From contig NIVC01004391.1 of assembly GCA_002269645.1 (NCBI GenBank), positions 1 to 47,477 on the forward strand: a stretch of 47,477 nt of DNA. Direction: 5' to 3'. Source of the DNA: Macrostomum lignano. Taxonomy: Eukaryota. Of this stretch, positions 1-10,100 are shown one piece after another (position 1 is the stretch's first letter; every line of letters begins with the position of its first letter). A model generated the notes under the pieces. That model ran no database searches and was not told where the DNA came from. It saw only the letters and a program-made list of their open reading frames with translations. A program made the position numbers and the translations under genes.

Positions 1-1935
1 TTTCTATTATACAAAGAAACAAATGTGTTAGGCCTATATTCCTAATAATAATGTGAATAAATTATTAGGCCTATATAAATATAAAATACTTTATAACAAG
101 ATTTTTTGCTGAGCCTTTTTCTTAGGTTAGAATTTGCTAATATTATTATTTTTAATGATATTATAATTATCCCTATTTTAAGTTTTAGACTTTATAAATT
201 ATTGCAATAGGCTCAATTTTAGTAAGTAGTTTTACATTTCTTAGAAATGTATAAATTAAAAAACTGCTATTGTTACTATGCGAATATTTTAAATATTTTC
301 TTTATTTTCTATATTTTTTGTATAATATTTGTTTGAAACAATAAGAAATTTTTACTATAAATAGAGGCCACTTGGGAGCCTGGCAAAGTATTCCTGTTCC
401 TTGTGAACAACTTTAATACTCTCACTTGAGAAGAAATTTTATCAGCCATGGGCTTATATTGCTCGTGTTACTTATTTCAAGTAGTAGATAGTAGTTTAGG
501 AGTTGCCCAAGATTGGGAGTTCAATCTGTTCTTAGAGAATGAGAGATCCTAGACTCAGGGGTCTAGTAACCCACCTTTGGAAGGCAGAATTCCTACCACA
601 GGGTAGAGAAATCTAGGCTTAGAGTCTAAGAAACCCGCCTCAGGGCAGAATACCAGCAAAGTGCACTGTGACCCTCTAATCCGGAACGCCAGGACTGAGA
701 GAATAATATCTTTAGAGGAATATAGGGATAGGATAGACAGTGCCTAAAAGACGCTCAGGCCAGAAAGTACAATAAAAGTATAGATGCTACCAATAAAAGT
801 ACATAAGCTACCAATAAAAGTACATGTGCTACTAGTAATTAGACAGATAATATAATCCGTAAGAGCAGTGATTATAGAGAACTATTACCCCTGTTATAAC
901 TTTGGTGGCAGCAAGTAAGGCTAAACAAAAGAATAAAGAAGAGCCCTGGGACATTATTTTAATTAGGGCCTATGAAAATTAAGATCCAATAAAATTAGAC
1001 TAAAAATCATATTTAAACCTTTTAATATATCTTTATTAATTATATCCTAATTATCTTTATAAAAAAATCTCATACCTGCTAAGAATAAGATAGGTCTACT
1101 AGCTTTGGCTAGCTATGCAACTTATAGAGATAGAGTTAGAGTATATTGGTATTTAACCAACTAAATCAACCAACTAACCAATTAAAAACACAACTCTTGA
1201 CCTGCTCTTGCCATATTGTAAATGCTAAGAATCTGGCCTATAATACCTAGGCCTATTTGAAACCAGGGCCTGTGGAACAATTCATAGTTATTTTGTATTC
1301 GATTAGATTAGATTCAAACATTAGCAGGATTAGCTAGCTTAGAATTGAATTCAAGAGTTCATCTGAGAAAAATAGGACCATTATTTTAAATTGTAATCGA
1401 CGATCAATGGGCTTACTATAATGATTATGGTTACATTAGAACAATTTCGAGTAAACGTCCAACTGTTGTCTGGAGCCCTCCGGTTAAAACAGTCAACTAA
1501 GGCAACTTAAAAATTCGCTTCGACGAATTTACCCAGTTCAAATGCCAGGTAAAGTTGATTTCTATATAACAAATTCGCTAAATCAAAGAGCTAAGAAGCT
1601 AAGATCCAAAAAAACTTATCAAGTGGGCTTAACTAAAGGCATATTATCCATTAAAAGTGGATAAACGTTCATTCGGTTCTTAAGCTCTTTATAGTTTATA
1701 CGCACATAAACTATACATGAAATATCGGTCTTCTTGAAAGAGAAAAGTGAGGGACTGACTAACGCATGCATGGATAAAATTCAATCTTATTTCACTAGTG
1801 CCTCACGCAGAAAAAAACTTTTATGAGCTTATCAAGGACGACTTAAGTAGAAGGACGGTACCTATTCAGACAGGCCGATCCTCAGCACCTACATGTAGTC
1901 CAGTAACAGCAGAAATAGAAGAGGCGCCAGCGTGT
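1..1935 (+). pseudogene. Heavily mutated relic ORF in frame +1 (probably transposon- or virus-derived; product unidentified)
   Basis: Manual count for 361-780: 4 stops in frame +1 versus 13 and 11 in frames +2 and +3. Frame +1 reads as protein-like across the interval if stops are read as Gln/Arg (e.g. LT*EEILSAMG, LLQ*AQF**VVLHFLE, ISI*QIR*IKELRS*DPKKL). No homologue recognised. Minus-strand frames were not counted. Confidence 0.5.
770..832. repeat. 3 x 21-nt tandem repeat (caataaaagtacataagctac)
   Basis: Three adjacent imperfect copies; the unit is a multiple of 3 and keeps frame +1. Confidence 0.8.
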
Positions 1936-3882
1936 TAACCCTGAAGCACGCCCATCTAGAGATTGTATAATCTAAGATTGAGGATGTGTGTGACGATCCA
2001 CCAGTCCTTTGGCGGAGTGAACAGCCGTACGCAGCCTTCAGATGCAGCGCGGAATTAGGTGAGGCTGAGCTGTCGGTTGCACGTCTGCCCATAGGCTGGT
2101 GTAATCAATTTATTGTTATTATTATTATTACTATGCATAAATAATATACAAGGTAAATATCAACAAGCAGATTGCTTTTCATGGTCAAAAAGTAAATGCC
2201 TGGGAAGCTGCATTCTTGGCTTTTTACTGCAGCTGCGAAATTTGTATTGTCTTATATATACTTGCTCGGCATTCTTTGGAATGGCCAAACCGAAACACGG
2301 AAATTAAAAATCTAACAGTGATGATAATTGTGGGCTAATTGAACGAATAATTAGACGCGTGGCAATATTGTGGTTGCCATTGTCAGTCAATATATTTTTG
2401 GTGGCTTTTTTGATAGATTTCACCTTAAAGACGTTAATTAAATAAAAAATAGCACACAAATAAAGTGAACCTTGTGATATAAAAAAGGACCGTTACAGTG
2501 TTAACGCAACTTTAGGTAGAAATTAGTTGAAAATATTTGAATATGTATTAATAGTTTTAGTCAAAAAAAGATATTTTAAAATGAGTTGAAACAGATTCAA
2601 TAGACACACGCTGCTATAGTGGTATTGCAGTTCACGGAAAATCAACCGATCAATATATAGCCAGCAATATATATAGCCATCAAAAGTGCATAAAATTGAG
2701 TTTATCTGCTAAATTAGCCAATCAGAGCTCTTCGCGATATTACCCCACTGTTGCGAATAGCCAACAGAATAGAAAAATGGCTGCCGCAAGAGCCATAATA
2801 TCCGCTGGGGACATTATGACAAGCAGGCGCATTTGAGTGAGGAGACTTGCTTGCACTTGGCATAAGAGAAATTATACAGCAGAAAACGAATGAGTCTGCT
2901 GCTTGAAATGACTAAGATGCACTTGACTTGGTCGTTTGTATGGTAACTCTGGATTGAAAAATTGCAACTTGATTTGATTTTGTCGCACTGGAACTCAGTT
3001 ATTTGCACTTTAGTTGGCTATGTTGCTACTTGACTGGGGAAAGAACCTACAAAACTGCAGGTACGCCGTGGAGTGATTTAAGCCACTCTTATTGGTGATT
3101 TAATTGTTATTATCCAGATTCAGCGGCCATTGTTCGAATCAAAATCGTTTTTGTTTAGAAATATTTAGAAACCGCGAAAAGCCACTGAGCATCGCGAAAA
3201 TATGTAACCCAAACTGGATTGACAATAGGTCGATAAAACTTCAGACACCTGCGCATAAATGTACCGTGCGATGAAAAAATATAATAAACCGAATTTCAAA
3301 GCATAACCATTCTATACATGTACAGGCGTCTAATATCAGCAACACTAGTTTTGGAGATGAGGTCTTTTGAGAATGTGTGACAGTCGATTGGCACACCTTT
3401 CAGCAATTGTTTTTATTCCTAAAATCCATCTATTCTCGAGAAATCTCACTAACTTTAAGAATTACAATCATAACCTGAGAGACTTGGTCGAAATCGATAG
3501 AATTTCGAAAACAAACTCACATCTGACATTGGATAATGAGAGCTTTTAAAAGTAGCTTTTAAAATAGAAAGCATTAGCCTCGACTCTTTAGCACAGCTTT
3601 TACCGCTGAATCCCATGCAAGACTACAATTGAAACTTTGATAAAAATTCACTCACACGAGCTAAAATTTAAATTTAAATTAAACGGAAATAACAAATAGT
3701 GATATAGCGAATGATATTACTGATAGGCAGTAGCGTGACGAACAATTGAAAGTTATGTTATGCAAAGTCGAATTGACAATCCATTCGGTACCAGATGCGA
3801 CGGAGCATGTAAATGAAAGTAAAATAGCAATCGATGTGAAAATGGTCAGCAATTTAGCTTCGTCTTAGAGATAAAACTTGCC

Positions 3883-3888
3883 TTTATT
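3883..3888 (-). terminator. Candidate polyadenylation signal (AATAAA) of the sacsin-like gene
   Basis: tttatt on the plus strand, about 230 nt downstream of the stop at 4117. The context is AT-rich, so a chance occurrence is possible. Confidence 0.35.
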
Positions 3889-4116
3889 GATGAAGAAAAA
3901 ATATCAATATGATTATTGTAAAGAATATCCTTTCGAAAAGCTGAGGCTGAGAAAAAATTTTGATTAAAAAAATTAAAGATAAAATTTAGGAAAAGTTTAT
4001 GAATGAAAAGTCTTACAAGTTTCAAAAAGTATTTTACACCCATTCTACGCTGGTATGCAATGTACGATGGTAATAAAAATGTTTAAAAATTAAAACCCGC
4101 ATCAGTTAAACCACAG

Positions 4117-7100
4117 TTAGTTCAGCTCAGCATCACTGAAGCCCAACTCGAGAAGAAAAGTGCGAACTTCTTCTAAAATATTTTCGGACGCCTCAAGCGC
4201 AGACTTCGCATCCTTGCGACTCAGCGCCGACGGGTCGCTGGATCCGCCCGGGTAGCGACAGTCAACGGAGCCCTGCGATCGGGTCAAAGCGCCAGCAAAA
4301 GTCAAAAGACGACGCTGCATGTCCTGTTGGACAATCAAGCCAAGATTGTCTTGCAGCCTGTGGCTCTTTACTGCCGGCTTGCCGGACGCCAAAACCGCCG
4401 CCTTGAGCGCTTTTTCAGCCGCCTGATGCGCTTTGTAGACAGCCCAGTTCGCTGCTAGGCGCTGATCTCTGTGTATGTCATTACCGCCGGCGCGGTGGTC
4501 GTCGCGAGCAACGCGCCAATAGTGCAGGGCGATATCGCGACCTGGCGAGACAGTGGCAGAGCTGATGCAGGATGTACTGCAAGAAGAGCGGAAAATTTTG
4601 GCCGGAAAACTGAACTCTCCACCTGATGTAGCGGCTGTTGGAGCGCGTCGTTTCCTAGTTGACAACGTCGTAGTAGAATCAGGTGAGTCCAACTCTAATA
4701 GCAAATGACCGGCAGTTCCTACGTCATCAGCATCACTCTGCCATTTTGAGAGCATCTCGCGCACAAAATTGGATCCAATGCGCGCAACTTGTGTATTTAC
4801 ATAATTGTGCAAGGCTTGCACAAACGATAGACTGCTGGTGCTTTCTGTTCTGTGATCAAAGGTTGCTGAATGTCGGCCAGGACTGCAGTGCTGAACCACT
4901 CTTCTAACAGCGAGTCTGCAATCGCTTGAGGCTGGCAGCGACTGACCTTGCTGCAGCAGACGCGAAAGTTCCTCCTGAAGCGCAGCATCTTCTTCACTGG
5001 AGTCGCCTATGTCCGCCAAGCTTTCTCTCTGCTGTCTGATGTTAAAAAGTTCTAGTGCTGTACTGCGCACAGTACCATTGGCTCCCACCTCAACCGTGTA
5101 CTCCTGCAGCCACGAGTTACTACTACTCCTGTCACTCCTAGCAACTACTCTAGCAAGCACGAAAGTATCAGTGTCATCATTCTCAGTCCGTTGGTGCAGA
5201 GCTACTAACTCACCGGGCTCAAACTGCAGTAGACGGTCATGCTGGAAGCTGGTAAGTTCTTGGAGTTGACTGCGAAGCATGGCCGGAACCAAACTGCCAA
5301 GTGCAACGTCACAGCGCTCTTGCTCTGCACCTTCATGGCCAAAAGAACAAGTGGCTACATTGTCTTTGTCAAGCTCCGTTGCTATCAAGGTTAAGTCTTC
5401 AAAACGCAGCCACGTTTGCATATTGCCGCAAATATCCGTCTTAAATCCAAGCACACTAGAAACAAAGGAATTAACAACAACTGTGAGCTCCTTGTACCAT
5501 AACGTAATATAGTCATTGCCACAGTCACTGTCTGTGTGCCTCACGTAGATAGTTTTCTCAACTAAAAAACTTTTCTTTTCCTGCTGCGAGTCAACGAATA
5601 CTTTGTCATCTACTGATAATACGGACATTAAGTCCTTCATGCACTGTACTTTCAGCTCGACCAGAGCAGCTTTCAGCTTGTCATGACAAGTCTCAAGGGT
5701 TAACCGACTACGACCATCCGCATGTTGAATAATTCGGACCAGTCCGTTCAACATATCAGGATGAATCAGCTTCTTCTTTACAGTCTGAGCAACTGAGCAG
5801 CCATCTATTTTACAGTGCTGACTGTTGTCTGCCAGGCGCTCGTTGACAAGTTGACTCAGTGTCCGGACACCCAGATTGTCGCGCAGATATTTGTTTAACA
5901 TATTCTGTTTGTCCGAGTTAAGATTTGCAAATTCGATATCTATAAGCTGTACATGTAACTCGCAGTGACCTCCAATTCGCTTGTAATAGTCCGGTGCATC
6001 GTTGATAGCCAGGTTCAGCACATTCTCCATACAGAGAACCTGCTTGTCCTTATGTTTAGAGCTAGTTGTGAGATACAGCGGTGTTGTTTTCTGACTGAAA
6101 TTTTGCTCATCGCGATCTAGCAGATTAGTCATAACAGATAAGCATTCGGAAACTACATTCATTTCTTCTTCTCCAAGAGCATAACTTGCGTCTGATTTTT
6201 CCTTCAAGCACTGCAGCGCATAGTATACTTGACTCATCGTAATTTCTCTGGTCGCGCCAAAAGTTTCGAATACTTCTGAAAACTGCATCAGTTCTCGCGG
6301 ACAAGAAATAATATAAGGCGGTATTTCTTTTGAACTAACAAGGCAAATGCACTTGGCGGGTAGAAGATACTTTCCATTATCAACGATGACGAACGGACCG
6401 CGCCTTAATATTTCAAGACTTGCAAATTCACTTAATCGTAAATTTTTTTTGATATGCAGATAAATTTTATTCATAATCTTTTTCCTAAGTTCCACATTTT
6501 CTTCTGATAGACGCACAGACAGAAAAGAACTGCTCGAAAGCAAATTATTCAAGTGCTTCTTGAAGTCATCGGCAGTGGGAACCTGGCGTACTGCAAGCTT
6601 GCCAAAATGCTGACTGATCTGCTTCACGTACTCTGGACAGATTGTGCTTGCCGTCCAGCACAGAAATCTATTAGAGAACCGAACTGAGTCTCTAAGCTTA
6701 AGCATTTTTGATTGCTTGACTTCAAAAAGAGACTGTAGCTCATTGAGCTCATCAGAGACAACGAATGAAATGTTTGCCAGGCGGCCCAAGCAACTATCAC
6801 TTAGAGCGGAACCTGGTTGTTTTAAGTACGATATTATGGCTTCAGATTTTTTTGTTACGTCGGCCGTAAATTTTCTCTGCCCCTCTTCTTCGAGATTTTT
6901 AGCAAACGAAAGGAGTAGGTCTTCTGAGCATTCGGAAATCAGTCCAGCATGATTTAATAGCTTTCGCATACTTTGCTGTCGATAGTGTGAAGGCAAAAGC
7001 TCATCCTCCGGAACAATATGCTTGAAGAGTTCAACGCTGTCATCATAGAACGCACTGGCTAAACGCCATCTGTCATGAGCAAACACAATCTCTGTGGATT

Positions 7101-10100
7101 TTAGAAGAGCCAAAACATTCTTCTGTTCAGCTCTCAGCTTTTGTTCCGGCAACAACTGGGAAACTTTCTTCTGAAGCATATCGATATGTTGAAACTTCGT
7201 ACTGTTAGAAAATTTGAAAAACGCTGGCAAAATGAAAGCAGCATACGCACCCCATTGGTCCAAATTGGAAAAGCTCATGCAAGTAAACAGGTTCTTTAGC
7301 TGTTTTTCTTGTTTAAGTAAAACCGTAGATTGATCCAATTTCCATAAGTGCATGTCAGAGGTGGCTATCTTAGCTGACAAGACGTAGACAGTTTTGTCGC
7401 TTACGCTGACGCATTGACCATCGAGTGTGACGAATATCGGCAACTTCTTTACAATTGTACACAGCTGCTCAACTTTGTAAGCCGACAACAAAGACTGCCA
7501 GTTTTCTTGGATGTATTGTAAAACAACGAAAGCTTGCCTGCTGCTAGGTGACTTGCTCATTAGAATACAATTAAAAACACGGAGCATTTTAGCCGGTCGA
7601 TCTACCGAGCCGCAGTGGCTCCGCAAGAAAGAATTGTCCGAGTTGATTTTCGGACAATGCAGCTCATCAAGAGCAGCGAGAAGATCGATGTTTAGATTGC
7701 TGAGCGATGCACATCCATCTACGCATAGAACACACGGCAAAAGAGAAACTGTTGCAAGTTTCGATTGAGAAGAGTCATTTGAGCCCGACTCAATAGGAAG
7801 CAAAGCTGCATTTGATAAACAAGAGAGTTTATTTAACTGATGCGATTCAGAGTATAATTTCGATGAAAGGAATTCCCAAACATTAGTCAACCATTCGTCA
7901 GAAACAAAAGCATCACCAGTCGAGTTTATGTTAGGAATCAAGCGTCTACTTGAGCAGATCAAATCAGGGAAAAACTTGGCAAGGAGCTCACTGAAATCAG
8001 CAATTCCAAACTCTTTGAAAAGTCTTGATTCGATTGCCTTTTTGTACGACTCAAAATTTTCGGAGAAAATTTTTAGAACGAGTTTATGAACAAACATTTT
8101 TCGAGCATTTGGATCGGAGAAAATTCGTTCTGACCATGAGGTCAGGAATGCCGCTTTCTCTGTTGAAAATAATTCAAGGACATTGTCAGCTGCCAAGTTG
8201 AGTGGAGTTCCAGCAAGCAGTTGCACTTCAATATGCGCATCTGAGGCCGTCGTGTATGATCGCGTAATGAATTCGATCACACAAGCGACACTTTCTGCAT
8301 TCTGAAAAGCTGTTTCCTCCACTGACATTGGGAGCCCTCGGCGAAGTCTTGCACACAGTGGCCCATTTAGATAGTTTGACAAAACTGCTGCACTCAAAAC
8401 GGGAATGTAGCTCTTTGTTTCTCGACTGCAGTTAAGCATGCAAAAGCGCGATATTAAATGTTCCAACTTTTTAACGATCAATGGAATACCCAACTGCATC
8501 AGCACTGGTCGCTGATCATGTATGCTCGCGCTTCCCACTAAAAAGCATGTCTTGCCGTCAACTGATTCCTCCGATGTGGCAAGTGGAAGCCAAGAAACGG
8601 TTCTATTCGCTCCAGACTGGCATGGCAGCAGAGCCCATCGGCCTGTCAGAAGCTCTCCATACAACCTATTTGCCATTTTGGTCCACAATGAACTACTTTC
8701 TCCTAGTTTTGGTAGCAAAGAGCAGTAGCAATCAAGTGAAAGGTCAGGCTGCTGTTTGATTGCGTTTAGCATCGTTGCATAGCAGTGGGGAAGAAGTTCA
8801 CATGTGAGCATATCGTTCCACTGCGTCTCTGCGTCCACTGAATGACCGCACCACAGAGCGCGCCTTGACGGGTCAAGTACAAAGCAACCGTTAATATGAA
8901 CCGGTAGTTCCGTGCTTATTGGCAGTGGCAAAAGCGAGAACACGCGATAAATCTCCGTATCTCTGTGAGTACTCTGATTAGACAGCCTGGCCGCGACGCC
9001 TACTTTTGGAAGGATTGGCCAGCCTCCAGCGGCAACTTTCTTCTCAAGCTCCTTCAGTTGAGCAGCAGATCCATTCTGAGGCAGGCTCACACACTGAGCT
9101 ATCATCCATTTTTCAGTAGCGACAGAGCCTTGTTTTTTACTGCCTAATTTGTCCGCTTTCTCGCTAATCTCCAGAGTGTAAGCAATTGTGTCGCATGTCA
9201 AACTGGTCAGTGCAGCACCCGGCTGTTTCAGCGACATGCCAACGCTGTGACAAGATGCATTGAATGCAGAAAAATCACCTATTGATGTCGAGGCTCGAGC
9301 ATTCGCTACACAAATCTCTGTGATCGTTCCGTCCAGGTGCACCTCCATCAAGGTGATGAGTCGGACATTTGTAAGAAAGAGCATTGTGCTGGCAATTTCA
9401 CTTCGGAATTCTTCGAAGAGTTCTTCGATCATAGCGCTACTGACTGAAGAGCTGCAGATCTTGGACTTTTCCGCTTGATCAGGAGTTCTCAAGGGTAATC
9501 GAAAAATTGTGCATCCAGCCTGTTGCAGACGTCCTGGTAGGAAGCCCTCCAACGCGTCCTTGAACATTTTTTTGTGTCTCTGGGTCAGTGAATATTTAGC
9601 ACCTGGAGTAGTTGTACCGGCGAGATGTGTGTACCTGCAGTGAGGATCCAGAACACAGAAAGTATCGCCATTGCTAATGAACTGTGGTACGTCTGTAACG
9701 TTGTACACACAGTTGAATCCAACACCAAAACGGCCAGTCTTCCACGCTTCAGACTGCTTTGATCCAACGCCCAAGCTCTGAATGCCCTTCAAGTCCGACT
9801 CGGTGAAGACAGAGTTGCTGAACGCCAAAAGTGCAGGCCCCTGCAACTCATGCCAGGAATCACTCAGCACTTGCTTTCCAGGTAGCTTGCGCTTGTCATT
9901 TACAAACACGACTTCTGTTGCTTCCGCATCGTCAGCATTTTGAATAAGTTCTTTGAAGAGCTCAATGCCAAGAGGGTAACCCCTTAGGATTCCTTCTAGA
10001 CGAGTGGTAAGATTCTCGCTTTGGCCAAAAGGCTCACAAATCTGTCGGAGGGTCTGTTCTCGTTGAGTTGGCACTCCAAGGCGCTCGCAGATCTCATAGG

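Noticed and set aside
2720-3090. CCAAT plus AAAATGGC promoter-like cluster and a short protein-like frame
   Set aside because: No convincing ORF or exon follows; it may be part of a repeat end.
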